From: Bacteroidales bacterium | GTDB lineage: Bacteria; Bacteroidota; Bacteroidia; Bacteroidales; BM520 | Assembly (NCBI GenBank): GCA_050953245.1 | Contig: JBMNMG010000002.1 | Span: forward strand, 266,903-330,902 | Length of the DNA stretch: 64,000 bases | Reading direction: 5' to 3' | Part shown: piece after piece, positions 1 through 11,749 of the stretch | Numbering within the stretch: position 1 is the stretch's first letter | Layout: every line of letters starts with the position of its first letter | Position numbers and translations under genes: made by a program | The notes under the pieces: generated by a model | Databases searched by the model: none | The model's input: the letters and a program-made list of their open reading frames with translations, nothing else | Told to the model about the DNA's origin: nothing

Positions 1-2
1 CA

Positions 3-347
3 ATGGGAAGCTATTTTAAACAGCTAAAACTTTTATTTTCCAAAGAAGTAAAAGCATATAAATCGTTGGGTAGTTTCATTACAATAGGAAGTATTTTCCC
101 TGGTGTTTGGCAATGGCAAGTATTTTGGAATTTAACAGCATTTATTTCTATAATATTGGCAGTTATGAACATACTTCCAATCCCTGCTTTAGATGGAGGT
201 CATGTATTATTTGTTTTATATGAAATAATTTTTAGAAAAAAACCAGGGGATAAATTTTTAGAAAGAGCTCAAATGGTAGGTATGTTTATATTACTTGCTT
301 TAGTAGCACTTGCAATATGGAACGATTTAACAAGGTTTGTTTTTTAA
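3..347 (+). CDS. rseP: C-terminal part of an M50 site-2 (RIP) zinc metalloprotease, RseP-like; the gene begins upstream of the window
   Basis: Frame open from the window edge; hydrophobic C-terminus with ILPIPALDGGH motif typical of the RseP/M50 C-terminal region. Confidence 0.7.
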   Translation: MGSYFKQLKLLFSKEVKAYKSLGSFITIGSIFPGVWQWQVFWNLTAFISIILAVMNILPIPALDGGHVLFVLYEIIFRKKPGDKFLERAQMVGMFILLALVALAIWNDLTRFVF

Positions 348-416
348 AAAAATTTACTATTGTAAAATAATATTTTGAATTTTTAGATTAAATAATTTTA
401 AATATATAGATTAGAT

Positions 417-1934
417 ATGAAAACATTATTAATGATTTTAGACGGTTGGGGAATAGGTGACGGGAGTAAAGCTGACGTTATATCAAACACTCCAACCCCC
501 AATATAGATTCTTTAATTGAAAAGTATCCACACTCATCACTGTTAACATCCGGCGAAGATGTTGGTTTACCGGAAGGGCAAATGGGAAATTCAGAGGTTG
601 GTCACTTAAACATAGGTGCAGGTAGAATTGTATATCAAGATTTAGTTAAAATAAATAATGCTTGCAAAGACAATTCCATCATGCAAAATAAAACCTTAGT
701 AGATGCTATGAATTTTGCTAAAGAAAACAATTCAGCAGTACATTTTATTGGGTTACTTTCAGATGGATGTGTTCATTCTTCCAATAAACATTTATATAAA
801 CTTTGTGATATGACAATGGAATACGATATTAAAAACGTTTATATACATGCTATTACAGACGGAAGAGATACAGATCCAAAAAGTGGGTTAGGTTTTGTAA
901 ATGAATTGGAAGATCACCTAAAAATCAGCAATGGAAAAATTGCAACAGTAGCCGGTAGATTCTATACCATGGATAGAGATAAAAGGTGGGAACGTATTCA
1001 ATCAGGTTATAACGCAATGGTTAATGGAATTGGAAATACTGCATTTTCAGTTGCAGAAGCAGTTAAACAATCCTATGAAAAAGATGTAACTGACGAATTT
1101 ATAGTACCTACTGTTATTTTAGATAGTTTTAATGAACCGGTAGGTAAAATAAAAGATAATGATGTAGTTATCTTTTTTAACTTCCGTAACGATAGAGCTC
1201 GTCAAATAACGAGAGCATTAACACAAGAAGAATTTCCGGATTATAATATGAAACCTTTAAAACTGCACTATTGTACAATGACTCGTTACGATGATACATT
1301 TACAGGGTTACATATTATTTTTGATAAAGAACACGTAACAAATACGTTAGGTGAAGTAATTGCAAGTAATAATTTATCACAACTACGTATTGCAGAAACA
1401 GAAAAATATGCTCATGTTACATTTTTCTTTAATGGAGGTATAGAACAAGAATTCAACAACGAAGAAAGAATATTAATTCAATCTCCTAAGGTTGACACTT
1501 ATGATTTAAAACCGGAAATGAGCGCATACGAAGTAAAAGATGCAATAATAAAAGAATTAAAAACTCAAAAGTTCGATTTTATCTGTTTAAACTTAGCTAA
1601 TGGAGATATGGTTGGTCATACAGGAGTTTACGATGCAATCATAAAAGCAGTTAAAACGGTAGATGATTGTGTAGGGCAAATAATAGAAGTTGCAGTAGAA
1701 AATGGGTACGAAGCTTTAATTATTGCAGATCATGGGAATGCAGATAATGCAATTAACAAAGATGGTTCTCCAAATACAGCTCATTCATTGAATCCGGTGC
1801 CAAGTATTTTAGTCTCCGACAGATTTGAGAAAATTAATCCTGGTAGGTTATGCGATGTCGCCCCTACAATATTAACTATGATGGATATTGAAATACCATC
1901 CGTAATGACTGGTAAAGTGTTAATAAATAAATAA
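417..1934 (+). CDS. gpmI: 2,3-bisphosphoglycerate-independent phosphoglycerate mutase
   Basis: 505 aa; N-terminal [21 protein letters not shown] and ADHGNA motifs characteristic of iPGM. Confidence 0.93.
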   Translation: MKTLLMILDGWGIGDGSKADVISNTPTPNIDSLIEKYPHSSLLTSGEDVGLPEGQMGNSEVGHLNIGAGRIVYQDLVKINNACKDNSIMQNKTLVDAMNFAKENNSAVHFIGLLSDGCVHSSNKHLYKLCDMTMEYDIKNVYIHAITDGRDTDPKSGLGFVNELEDHLKISNGKIATVAGRFYTMDRDKRWERIQSGYNAMVNGIGNTAFSVAEAVKQSYEKDVTDEFIVPTVILDSFNEPVGKIKDNDVVIFFNFRNDRARQITRALTQEEFPDYNMKPLKLHYCTMTRYDDTFTGLHIIFDKEHVTNTLGEVIASNNLSQLRIAETEKYAHVTFFFNGGIEQEFNNEERILIQSPKVDTYDLKPEMSAYEVKDAIIKELKTQKFDFICLNLANGDMVGHTGVYDAIIKAVKTVDDCVGQIIEVAVENGYEALIIADHGNADNAINKDGSPNTAHSLNPVPSILVSDRFEKINPGRLCDVAPTILTMMDIEIPSVMTGKVLINK

Positions 1935-1942
1935 TATTAAAT

Positions 1943-3835
1943 ATGAAAAATAAATCCAATATAAAACATTTAATAATGTTAGCAATAACATTATTAGTGT
2001 TTATATTGGATTTACATGCTAAAAATACTTTTCCTAATTCCGCATTAATCAATATCAAACCTGATACAACATCTAATTATCCTATAACTAATAGTGTAGA
2101 TTCTTCAAAAAAATCAGATGTAAGTTCCAGACTAATTAAATTAATCCAAGCAGATTTTGCCAAAAGTATTCCTAATCAACGAAATAAACAATCGTTAATT
2201 GGAAATATTATATTTTTGCATGACTCCACTTATATGTATTGTGATAGTGCAGTATTTGACAAGCAAAACAATAATATAGAAGCTTTTGGGAATGTTGAAT
2301 TTATTGAGAATGATACAATTTATCTTCAGGGGAAATATTTATATTACGATGGAAATAAAAAATTAGCGGAAATCAGGGATGATGTAAAGTTAGAAGATCC
2401 ATCAACAACATTAATAACTAATATCCTATTCTATAACAGAAACGAAAAAAGAGCATATTATACCACGGGAGCTCAAATAATAAATGCAGATAAATATTTA
2501 GAAAGTATAGAAGGAAATTATTATGTAAATACTAAAGATTTTCAATTTTTTAAGGACGTTTTAATAAGAAATCCTGATTACGAATTAGTGTCGGATACTG
2601 TTTATTATAATGCTAATACTGAAGTAGCTAAAGTAGAAGGACCAACCTTAATTTATACAGATAATAATACTTTATACTGTGAAAAAGGCATATATGACTC
2701 TAAAAGTAGACAAGCTTATTTAAATAAAAACTTAGGTGTTTATTACGATGAATATATAATTTTTGCTGATAGTGCTTACCATAAACAAAATCCTGATTAT
2801 TTAGAGGCGTATAATGACGTTATTTTAATAGATACATCCAACAATATAAAAACATGGTCAGAGTATTTGGAATACGATGATGAGGCTAATTATGCCTTTA
2901 TTTCCGACAATGTAGTAGTAAGATATATTGACAAACCGGAAGATAGTAACACATTGGAAAATAATGATACGATTAATAGAATAGATTCTGTAAACATTAC
3001 AAATAGCACTAATACTACATCAGCAGATACATCTTTTGTTTTTTGCGATACTTTAATGGCATATTTTTATTTAGAAATAATAACGGATAGTAGCTTAAAA
3101 ACTCAACCCGGGAGAATTAGCCCTCCAAATGATAGTATTAATTCTAATACTCATAATGTTAATGATACTCTTAACTTAGGAAATAATAATCCTCAATTTG
3201 AACATAAACAAGATAGTATAATTCCGGAACCTTTTGAGAGAGAAGAAAAGGAATCGGAAAAAAAATTAAAATCAATTCATTTTTATAAAAATGCTAAATT
3301 GGTTAATAACGATGCGCAAGGAGCTTGCGATTCGGCAGTATACAACAGTATAGATTCTATATTAGTTATGTATAAAATGCCGGTATTGTGGTTTGGAAGT
3401 AATGAACAAATTACAGGAGATTCCATATCATTTTATTTTAATGATAGTACATTAAAATATATAGTATCCGAAAATAATGGTTTTTTACTGTCGGTTGATA
3501 AATACGGCTCTTATAATCAGATAAGTGGAAGAAAAGTAGTAATAAATTTAAAAGATGAGCAAGTAGATAAAATCAACATTTATGAGAATTCCAGATCTGT
3601 GTATTTTTTAAGAGAAGACAATGGGGATATGATAGGTCCAAGCTTTATAAATGCGGATAACATAGAATTGAGATTCTCAGATAAAGAATTGAGTACTATC
3701 AGTTATAATGATAAACCGGAATTTGAAGTTTTACCATACGATAAGTCTAATCGAGAACGAGAGGCTTTAGAAGGTTTAAAATGGAGAGGAGCTGAAAAAA
3801 TTCCTAAAGAATCGACATTAAAATATTGTGATTAA
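1943..3835 (+). CDS. OstA/LptD-N-like (OstA_2) repeat protein with signal peptide, putative envelope/LPS-transport related
   Basis: Signal-anchor N-terminus; repeated OstA-like beta-jellyroll signatures (CDSAVFDKQNN..EAFGNV, ADSAYHKQ...EAYNDV); N-rich low-complexity insert mid-protein. Confidence 0.5.
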   Translation: MKNKSNIKHLIMLAITLLVFILDLHAKNTFPNSALINIKPDTTSNYPITNSVDSSKKSDVSSRLIKLIQADFAKSIPNQRNKQSLIGNIIFLHDSTYMYCDSAVFDKQNNNIEAFGNVEFIENDTIYLQGKYLYYDGNKKLAEIRDDVKLEDPSTTLITNILFYNRNEKRAYYTTGAQIINADKYLESIEGNYYVNTKDFQFFKDVLIRNPDYELVSDTVYYNANTEVAKVEGPTLIYTDNNTLYCEKGIYDSKSRQAYLNKNLGVYYDEYIIFADSAYHKQNPDYLEAYNDVILIDTSNNIKTWSEYLEYDDEANYAFISDNVVVRYIDKPEDSNTLENNDTINRIDSVNITNSTNTTSADTSFVFCDTLMAYFYLEIITDSSLKTQPGRISPPNDSINSNTHNVNDTLNLGNNNPQFEHKQDSIIPEPFEREEKESEKKLKSIHFYKNAKLVNNDAQGACDSAVYNSIDSILVMYKMPVLWFGSNEQITGDSISFYFNDSTLKYIVSENNGFLLSVDKYGSYNQISGRKVVINLKDEQVDKINIYENSRSVYFLREDNGDMIGPSFINADNIELRFSDKELSTISYNDKPEFEVLPYDKSNREREALEGLKWRGAEKIPKESTLKYCD

Positions 3836-3951
3836 TATTGTTTTTTTGTTATTTAAATAATATTCAAATAATTAACAATGTTTAACAGAAAAAATTTTAC
3901 CGGATCCAATAAAAAAACTAACTTTGCATAGTTCTTTCTTTTTAAATTTAT

Positions 3952-4108
3952 GGTTGGTTATATATATCCTTTCATGATAGTTCCTATGATTAAGATAATG
4001 TGTAATAATATGTAATGTGTGTATTAATGATTAATGTGTGTATATTTTACCCCCAAATTAACCAACCAAAGAAAAGAGGATAACTTAGGTAGTTATCCTC
4101 TTTTTTTT
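3952..4108 (+). ncRNA. Candidate ~155-nt small RNA of unknown family (promoter-like boxes upstream, intrinsic terminator at the 3' end)
   Basis: TTTG (3923-3926) and TAAATTTA (3943-3950) boxes; 9-bp closing helix GGTTGGTTA (3952-3960) / TAACCAACC (4049-4057); three TAATGTGT(GTA) repeats; terminator at 4075-4108; no ORF in the track. Confidence 0.3.
4075..4108 (+). terminator. Rho-independent terminator
   Basis: 11-bp stem AGAGGATAACT / AGTTATCCTCT with 5-nt loop followed by T8. Confidence 0.65.
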
Positions 4109-4242
4109 ATCCAAAATTTTTACAAGTTTTTATGTGTACTAAAAATAAAATGTAAGAATAATGTAACAGCAAAATATTCTCTAATTATTTAAAATTAATA
4201 TATTTGCATAAATACTTAAAATTTTTTAATAATAAAGTTTTT

Positions 4243-5541
4243 ATGAAAGGTCATATTACTGTAGAAAACAAAGGAATCTCTAAAAATAACAATTTTAAAA
4301 CAACCTTAGAAAATGCTATAAAGGCACAAAAAACACTAAAAGCGCAAAATGGGAAAGGTTCAGTATTTTTAGGGTGGTTAAATCTTCCAATTCAAGATAA
4401 TTCCGAATTGATAAAACAGATTAAAAACCAAGTAAAGAAAGTTAAATTAGATGCTATTGTTGTAATAGGAATCGGAGGATCTTATTTAGGAGCAAGGGCA
4501 GTAATAGAAGCCTTAAAACCTCATTATTTCGATAAAAAAGCTCCAGAGGTAATATTTGCAGGATATAATTTAAATGGAGTTTATTTTTATAATTTATTAG
4601 ATAAGTTAGAAAATTTAGATTACGGAGTAATTGTAATTTCCAAATCGGGAACTACTACAGAGCCTTCAATTGTTTTTAGGATTATCCGTGAAAAAATGCT
4701 AAAAAAATATTCAGTTCTAGACATTAAAGATAGGATAATTGTAATAACTGATAAAAGTAGGGGAGTTTTATGTAGTCTGGCTCAAACTCATGATTATGCA
4801 AAATATGTTATTCCGGATAATGTTGGCGGAAGATTTTCCGTATTATCACCTGTAGGGTTATTGCCAATAGCATTTGCCGGCTACGATATAGAAGAATTAT
4901 TAAAAGGTGCAGCCGATATGGCTCAAATTTGCGATACAAAAGTCAGTAATTTAAAAGACTTAGAAAATAATCCGGCAATTAAGTATGCAGTTTTACGGAA
5001 TTATTTTTATGAGTGTAATTATGTTGTAGAAACATTAGTTAATTATAATGATGAATTTCACTATTTTGCAGAATGGTGGAAACAATTATTTGGAGAAAGT
5101 GAAGGTAAAGACGGCAAAGGAATATTTCCGGCTTCAGTAAACTTTACATCTGATTTACACTCCTTAGGTCAATTTATCCAAGGAGGGAAGAAAATATTAT
5201 TTGAAACTATTTTAAATATAGAAGAAATTAAAAAAGATGTAAAAATTCCTATGGTTGATGATGATGTAGATAATTTAAACTACTTGGCAGGAAAAACAGT
5301 TAACTATGTCAATAAAGTTGCCCAAGAAGCTACAATTAATGCTCATATATGCGGAAACGTTCCTAATATAATTATCAACATCAATGAAGTTAATGAGTAC
5401 TATATAGGTCAATTAATCTACTTTTTTGAGTATGCATGTGCTATAAGTGCATATATCTTAGATGTTAACCCATTTGACCAACCTGATGTTGAAACATATA
5501 AGAAAAATATGTTTAAAATGTTAGGTAAACCACGCAAATAA
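4243..5541 (+). CDS. pgi: Glucose-6-phosphate isomerase (short bacterial type)
   Basis: GIGGSYLGA and SKSGTTTEP sugar-isomerase motifs. The track ORF starts at a TTG at 4204; the ATG at 4243 (MKGHITVEN) is the more likely start. Confidence 0.9.
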   Translation: MKGHITVENKGISKNNNFKTTLENAIKAQKTLKAQNGKGSVFLGWLNLPIQDNSELIKQIKNQVKKVKLDAIVVIGIGGSYLGARAVIEALKPHYFDKKAPEVIFAGYNLNGVYFYNLLDKLENLDYGVIVISKSGTTTEPSIVFRIIREKMLKKYSVLDIKDRIIVITDKSRGVLCSLAQTHDYAKYVIPDNVGGRFSVLSPVGLLPIAFAGYDIEELLKGAADMAQICDTKVSNLKDLENNPAIKYAVLRNYFYECNYVVETLVNYNDEFHYFAEWWKQLFGESEGKDGKGIFPASVNFTSDLHSLGQFIQGGKKILFETILNIEEIKKDVKIPMVDDDVDNLNYLAGKTVNYVNKVAQEATINAHICGNVPNIIININEVNEYYIGQLIYFFEYACAISAYILDVNPFDQPDVETYKKNMFKMLGKPRK

Positions 5542-5576
5542 AAACTTAAGTTAGAAATTAATATTTCTGTAAATAT

Positions 5577-8363
5577 TTATTTTACAACTATATTAATAAT
5601 CTTATTTGGAACAAAAATAAATTTTATAATATTTTTATTTTCAATCCATTTTTGTGCATCTTCTGCTGCAAGAACAGCTTTTTCAGCAGCATCTTTAGTA
5701 ACATCTGTAGGTAATTCTAATTTAAATCGAACTTTTCCATTAAATGATATGGGGTACTCGTAGCTGTCTTCTTTTATAAACTCCTCATTAAATTTAGGAA
5801 ATGGTTCGTATTCAATAGATTCGTTATGACCGCATAAACTCCATAATTCTTCAGATATATGAGGCGCATATGTAGATAGAACTATGATTAGCGGCTCTAA
5901 TATTTCACGTTTATTGCATTTTAAGTCCGACAAGTTATTTACAGCAATCATAAAAGCAGAAACTGCAGTGTTAAAAGAGAATGTCTTGATATCACTTTCT
6001 ACTTTTTGGATTAATGTATGTAAAACTTTTAATTCTTCTTTAGTTGCTTTATCGTCACTAATGTAAAATGTGTCATCGTTATTGTGGAATAATCTCCATA
6101 ATTTTTTGATGAATCTATATACACCTTCTATACCGTTAGTATCCCATGGTTTGTGTGCTTCTAAAGGACCTAAAAACATTTCGTATAAACGTAAAGTATC
6201 TGCACCGTATTTGTAGATTAAGTCATCCGGATTTTGAACGTTGTATTTAGATTTAGACATCTTTTCTATTTCCCAACCGCAAATGTATTTCCCGTCTTCT
6301 AAAATAAATTCAGCATCGTTGAACTCTTTATTCCAATTCTTAAATGCTTCAATGTCTAACTCATCGTTATGAACTATGTTTATATCTACGTTCATAGCTG
6401 TTGTGTCGTAATCTTTACGTAAGTTATAGGAAACAAACTTATTAGTTCCTTTAATTCTATAAACAAAATTAGATCTACCTTGAATTTTACCTTGGTTTAT
6501 CAACTTTTTAAAAGGCTCATCTTTACAAGCTAAATTTATATCATATAAAAATTTATTCCAAAATCGGGAATAAATTAAATGGCCTGCTGCGTGTTCGTCT
6601 CCTCCTAAGTATAAGTCTACATCTTTCCAATATTCATTAGCTTCTTTAGAAAAATATTCCTCATCATTAGTTGGATCCATATATCTTAAATAATATCCGC
6701 TGGAGCCGGCAAAACCGGGCATTGTATTTGTTTCTAATTTATAACCTTTATAAGTCCAGTTATTAGCTCTTGCAAGTGGAGGTTCACCGCTTTCAGTAGG
6801 TAGATAAGTAGATATATCAGGTAATTCCAAAGGTAAGTCCGATTCATCTATAGTATATGGATATCCGTCTTTATAATAAATTGGAAAAGGTTCTCCCCAG
6901 TAACGTTGTCTACTAAATATAGCATCGCGTAATTTGTAATTTATAGTTTTATATCCGATTTTTAATTCGCTAATTTTGTGAATAACAGTCTTAATAGCTT
7001 CTTTTACATCTATACCATTGATAAAATCGGAATTAATCATAAAACCTTCTTGAGCATCGTAAGATTCTTCCCAAGTGTTTGGATCGGAAGGTTTATCATC
7101 TTTAGCACAAACTACCTGAATTATAGGAAGTTTAAAGTGTTTTGCAAAAGCAAAATCTCTACTGTCATGTGCGGGAACTGCCATAATAGCACCAGAGCCG
7201 TATCCGGAAAGTACATAATCGGCAACCCAAATAGGAATTTTATCTCCTGTTAATGGGTTAACTCCGTAAGAACCTGTAAATACACCTGTTATTGTAGAAA
7301 CATCGGCCATACGTTCTCTTTCGGATTTGTTTTTTGCATAATTAACGTATTTTTCAACCTCTTCTTTTTGTTCTTCTGTAGTGATAGTTTCTATGATTTC
7401 GTGTTCAGGAGCTAAAACCATAAAAGTCGCACCCCATAAAGTATCGGGGCGAGTTGTAAATACTTCCAATTCTAAATCATCAAATTTATCTACTTTAAAA
7501 AATACTGTAGCACCAACTGATTTTCCTATCCAATTTCTTTGTACTTCTTTTAATGAATCAGGCCATTCTAAAGTATCCAACCCATTTAATAATCTTTCGG
7601 CATAAGCAGTAATTCTTAAAGACCATTGAGCCATTTTTTTCCTTACTACAGGAAAGCCGCCCCTTTCGGATAAGCCATCTTTTACTTCGTCATTAGCTAA
7701 AACAGTACCTAATTGAGGACACCAATTAACCCATGTTTCAGCTAAATATGCCAATCGGTAATTCATAAGCACTTCTTGTTTTTCATTAGTGCTCATATTA
7801 TTCCATTCATCTGCAGTAAAATTTAAAACTGTAGTGCAAGCTAAGTCTAAGTCTTTAGTCCCTTGTATTGAAAAAACATATTCTAATTCTTCAATTGGTC
7901 GTGCACTTTGAGCTTGATTGCAATAGTACGAGTTAAACAATTGGATAAAAGTCCATTGCGTCCATTTGTAATATTTAGGATCACAAGTTTTAACTTCTCT
8001 ATCCCAATCGTAAGATAAACCTATAATATCTAATTGATTTCTATATCTTTTAATATTTTGTTCGGTAGTTATTGCAGGATGTGTTCCTGTTTGAATAGCA
8101 TATTGTTCTGCCGGTAACCCATAAGCATCGTATCCCATAGGATGTAAAACATTATACCCTTGATGCCTCATGTATCTTGCATAAATATCAGATGCAATAT
8201 AACCTAAAGGATGCCCTACGTGTAATCCGGCTCCCGAAGGATATGGAAACATATCCAATACGTAAAACTTTGGTTTCTCAGATTTATTATATGCTTTAAA
8301 AGTTTTATTTTTTCTCCAATATTCTTGCCACTTTTTTTCTATGTCTTGATGGTTGTATGCCAT
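5577..8363 (-). CDS. leuS: Leucyl-tRNA synthetase
   Basis: 928 aa; class I HIGH-type (HVGHPLGY) and KMSKS (EKMSKSK) motifs; LeuRS-specific N-terminus [16 protein letters not shown]. Confidence 0.95.
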   Translation of the reverse strand: MAYNHQDIEKKWQEYWRKNKTFKAYNKSEKPKFYVLDMFPYPSGAGLHVGHPLGYIASDIYARYMRHQGYNVLHPMGYDAYGLPAEQYAIQTGTHPAITTEQNIKRYRNQLDIIGLSYDWDREVKTCDPKYYKWTQWTFIQLFNSYYCNQAQSARPIEELEYVFSIQGTKDLDLACTTVLNFTADEWNNMSTNEKQEVLMNYRLAYLAETWVNWCPQLGTVLANDEVKDGLSERGGFPVVRKKMAQWSLRITAYAERLLNGLDTLEWPDSLKEVQRNWIGKSVGATVFFKVDKFDDLELEVFTTRPDTLWGATFMVLAPEHEIIETITTEEQKEEVEKYVNYAKNKSERERMADVSTITGVFTGSYGVNPLTGDKIPIWVADYVLSGYGSGAIMAVPAHDSRDFAFAKHFKLPIIQVVCAKDDKPSDPNTWEESYDAQEGFMINSDFINGIDVKEAIKTVIHKISELKIGYKTINYKLRDAIFSRQRYWGEPFPIYYKDGYPYTIDESDLPLELPDISTYLPTESGEPPLARANNWTYKGYKLETNTMPGFAGSSGYYLRYMDPTNDEEYFSKEANEYWKDVDLYLGGDEHAAGHLIYSRFWNKFLYDINLACKDEPFKKLINQGKIQGRSNFVYRIKGTNKFVSYNLRKDYDTTAMNVDINIVHNDELDIEAFKNWNKEFNDAEFILEDGKYICGWEIEKMSKSKYNVQNPDDLIYKYGADTLRLYEMFLGPLEAHKPWDTNGIEGVYRFIKKLWRLFHNNDDTFYISDDKATKEELKVLHTLIQKVESDIKTFSFNTAVSAFMIAVNNLSDLKCNKREILEPLIIVLSTYAPHISEELWSLCGHNESIEYEPFPKFNEEFIKEDSYEYPISFNGKVRFKLELPTDVTKDAAEKAVLAAEDAQKWIENKNIIKFIFVPNKIINIVVK

Positions 8364-8365
8364 AA

Positions 8366-9013
8366 TTATTTTAAATTTTTAATTAAAGAATCAATAACTT
8401 CCGGATAATGTTTGTATTCTAATTTATGAATTTTATTTGCTAAACTTTCTATGGTATCGGAACTTTCCACTTCGCATTTTGCCTGAAATATTATATTGCC
8501 ACAATCGTATTCGTCATTAACATAATGAATAGTAATTCCACTTTCTTTTTCCCCAGCATCAATAACGGCTTTGTGAACATTATCACCATACATTCCTTTG
8601 CCTCCGTATTTTGGCAATAATGCAGGATGGATATTTATTATTCTATTATTATATTGTTTTATTAGCCATCGTGGAATTAAAGATAAAAAACCTGCTAAAA
8701 CGATAAAATCTATATCATATTCATCTAAAGTGTTTAGTAAATTATCTTTAAACTTATGATATTCAACTTTAATTAAATTGTTTTCCGAATCGCATTCTGT
8801 ATTTTGTGAATGTTTTTCACACTTATTATTAAAGAATTTTCTTTCGAAATAAATAGATGGAACATTAAACTTTTTAGCTCTTTCTCTAACGTATGCATTT
8901 TCTTTATCTGTAAGAATTAATTTTACATTAGCATAATCGGAATTTTTATAAAATTCCATTATTCTTTCAGCATTAGTTCCGTTCCCTGATGCGAAAATAG
9001 CAATATTAATCAT
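8366..9013 (-). CDS. purN: Phosphoribosylglycinamide formyltransferase
   Basis: [12 protein letters not shown]-terminus, INIHPALLP motif; carries a ~25-aa low-complexity insert. Confidence 0.85.
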   Translation of the reverse strand: MINIAIFASGNGTNAERIMEFYKNSDYANVKLILTDKENAYVRERAKKFNVPSIYFERKFFNNKCEKHSQNTECDSENNLIKVEYHKFKDNLLNTLDEYDIDFIVLAGFLSLIPRWLIKQYNNRIINIHPALLPKYGGKGMYGDNVHKAVIDAGEKESGITIHYVNDEYDCGNIIFQAKCEVESSDTIESLANKIHKLEYKHYPEVIDSLIKNLK

Positions 9014-9015
9014 TT

Positions 9016-11286
9016 TTATTTTTTAATAACTTTAGCAAATTTTACTTTATTGTCTATTTCAAATTTAATAATATACAAACCCTTTTTGCAGTTTTGTAAG
9101 TTAATAATAGTCTTATTATTAGAATATGTTATTTTAGCATCTATAATTGAACCTAAAGAATTGTAAACCTCTATATTCTTAACTTTTTGATTTATCTTAC
9201 AAATACCGTCACTTGGATTTGGATAAATAGTAACATCATTATTTAATATATCTATTCCGGAAGGGTCTAAGATCATAATATCATCTAACTCAACAGAATA
9301 ACCGTATTTAGTTTCACCTTCAAAGGCAATATAATAATTATCTGATAAATTTGGCAGTTCTATAGTGCGCAAGGTCCACTCAGGAGTATTTTCCGTATAT
9401 TCTTCAATTAGTTGCCATTCATTATATTCATCATTTTTGTAATACACTCTTAACTCATCATTTGCTCCATTTAAAGCTCTTTGAGCATGCATAAACGTTA
9501 ATTCTAAATTCTCAAAATCGCTTAAGTTGAGTTTTGGTGTAATTAACTTACAGATACTTTTATCAGGGCTATACATTCTAACTAAATATTCTTCAGAATA
9601 AGGTTCAGGGACACCTTCTTTAGAATGAACCCATTTGTCTTCCCCAAATTCTTGAAATAACATCCAGCCATCAGGCAAATTACTTGTAGAATCCCAATTT
9701 TCTATAAATGGAGGTATTAAGGATGCCATTGGATATGCTTCTACAGAATTAGACGGATTTGATTCGTAATTGTTACTGTATATAGATGTTATATAATAAG
9801 TATATAAAGTATTGTTTATAACGTTTTTATCAATATAACTATTAGTTTCAGTGGAATCTATTATCATATCATCCCTATAAATCCTATAATATAAAAACTC
9901 ATCATCTGATATTTCATTCCAATTTAAAACTACTTCACCATCGTAACTTTTAGCAGTTAAGTTGATAGGGGAGGTTTTAAATTTAGTTAAAGTTAACACA
10001 TTTGCTAAACATGCTTGAGTAAAAGTTTTAACTTGTTCAAAATTATTTACGCTTGTACCGATAGTATCACCAATGGTATGAATGTATGGGCTGTAATTAT
10101 TAGCATTTTCAAAAGGATAAATACCTACGTAACCATTTTCGTTAAAAGATGTATGATCACTATCGCCACCCCATAATGAACCTTTTTCTACTTCTAGTTG
10201 AGGTACGTAAATTTCTACATTTGATTTGTAAAATTCATATAAATCATTAGCGGAAGATGGGCAAATAACAGATGTTTTCATTTGATTACCCGGAGCTAAG
10301 TAACCGGACATGTCTATATTAAAATATCCAAGGATATTCATGTTTTGCTCTGCACATCTTGTTGCATAAGCATCGCTACCTACTAAACCGATTTCTTCAG
10401 CTGTAAATGTGCAAATAACTATAGATCTATCAAAGTCGTACTCACTAATAATTCTGGCAATTTCCATCATTCCGGCTGTTCCGGTAGCATTATCATCGGC
10501 ACCTGGTGCAGCTCCCCAATAAGTAAAAGAATCGTAATGAGAACCGCAAACTACATATTCATCAGGTATTTTACTTCCTTGTTTAACGGCAATAACGTTT
10601 TTAGAATTATAATCCTCTACATCCTGTAATTCAACATCAAAACCATATCGTTCAAAATGCTCTTTAATCCAGTTCTGAGCTTCAACAGCTTGAGGTGAAT
10701 TATAACGTCTGGTACCATAATCTTGTAAATGTTGTACGTAATATTCTAAAGAATCAGCATTTACCTTATCAACTAAATCTGCAATATCTTGGTCGAACAA
10801 AGCAGAATACCCTTTTAAGTTAACACCGGAATTTATATTAATCTCAGCTTGCTTATCTCTCAATCTAACAATACCTCTATAATTTACTTTCTCAAAAATA
10901 ATATCAGTATCCTTTTCAATTTTTACAATAATAAAATAATCATTACTGTAAATGATATTTCCATTTCCATTGTAGTTGTTGATATATTTATCTTGATTGC
11001 CTTGATTGTCTTTAAAAATGTTTAATAAAACATATTCAAAATTACCCCAGGCATCATTATCAATAACTTCAAAACTAGAATTTTTTATACAATTATAATC
11101 ATCTACAGTACATACGATAAACATATCGTTATAATAATTTATTTGTAAATTTTCTTTATTAATGTAATTGTAAAAACTGTCATCCTTGTTTAATTCAATA
11201 AATATTAAATCTTTAGCAAATGTGTTATTACAAATCACTAAAAAAATAACAAACAATAAACTCTTAAATGTTTTACTTATTTTCAT
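9016..11286 (-). CDS. Secreted M28-family aminopeptidase with Fn3-like and MAM-like modules and a T9SS C-terminal sorting domain
   Basis: M28 motifs SHYDS, GADDNATG, TAEEIGLVGS; signal peptide; C-terminal IYPNPSDGICKI...LYIIKF CTD pattern. Confidence 0.75.
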   Translation of the reverse strand: MKISKTFKSLLFVIFLVICNNTFAKDLIFIELNKDDSFYNYINKENLQINYYNDMFIVCTVDDYNCIKNSSFEVIDNDAWGNFEYVLLNIFKDNQGNQDKYINNYNGNGNIIYSNDYFIIVKIEKDTDIIFEKVNYRGIVRLRDKQAEININSGVNLKGYSALFDQDIADLVDKVNADSLEYYVQHLQDYGTRRYNSPQAVEAQNWIKEHFERYGFDVELQDVEDYNSKNVIAVKQGSKIPDEYVVCGSHYDSFTYWGAAPGADDNATGTAGMMEIARIISEYDFDRSIVICTFTAEEIGLVGSDAYATRCAEQNMNILGYFNIDMSGYLAPGNQMKTSVICPSSANDLYEFYKSNVEIYVPQLEVEKGSLWGGDSDHTSFNENGYVGIYPFENANNYSPYIHTIGDTIGTSVNNFEQVKTFTQACLANVLTLTKFKTSPINLTAKSYDGEVVLNWNEISDDEFLYYRIYRDDMIIDSTETNSYIDKNVINNTLYTYYITSIYSNNYESNPSNSVEAYPMASLIPPFIENWDSTSNLPDGWMLFQEFGEDKWVHSKEGVPEPYSEEYLVRMYSPDKSICKLITPKLNLSDFENLELTFMHAQRALNGANDELRVYYKNDEYNEWQLIEEYTENTPEWTLRTIELPNLSDNYYIAFEGETKYGYSVELDDIMILDPSGIDILNNDVTIYPNPSDGICKINQKVKNIEVYNSLGSIIDAKITYSNNKTIINLQNCKKGLYIIKFEIDNKVKFAKVIKK

Positions 11287-11579
11287 ATCTTTTAATTTAA
11301 TATATTTTACTTGATTTTATCTATTATTTCTAGATCAGAATTTTTTATTTATAAAGAGCAAATTTAAATAAAATCTTTGTAATAGGGTATTCCAATGTAA
11401 AAAAAAACAAAAATTAAGATATAATAAACTTTTTTAACAAATTAAACAAAATAATAAATTTTATATAAATATTCTTATAAAATCAAGGATTATAGGCAGT
11501 TAAAGGAAATCATAAAGATGATTCAGTCAATAATATTAATGTATTAAAATAATATAAAGTAGTTTTTTTTTGGAAAAAG

Positions 11580-11609
11580 TTTGTAAATTAAAAAAAAGTG
11601 TTATATTTG
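11580..11609 (+). promoter_or_regulatory. Putative Bacteroidota sigma-A promoter for tRNA-Phe
   Basis: TTTG (11580-11583) and TATATTTG (11602-11609), 18-nt spacer, box ends 22 nt upstream of the tRNA 5' end. Confidence 0.35.
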
Positions 11610-11631
11610 CACACTCAAATGAAAAACTGAT

Positions 11632-11704
<73 letters not shown>

Positions 11705-11710
11705 CCTTAA

Positions 11711-11744
11711 AGGGGATGATTCTTAGAATTATCCCCTTTTTTTA
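11711..11744. terminator. Intrinsic terminator after tRNA-Phe, possibly bidirectional (convergent gene ends at 11750)
   Basis: Stem AGGGGAT / ATCCCCT with 13-nt loop followed by T7. Confidence 0.7.
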
Positions 11745-11749
11745 TTCCA

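Noticed and set aside
11287-11631. The 345-bp AT-rich gap upstream of tRNA-Phe and the M28 peptidase gene was examined for hidden genes or repeats.
   Set aside because: I found only homopolymer and low-complexity AT runs plus a plausible promoter. There is no ORF, structured repeat or RNA signature I can support.
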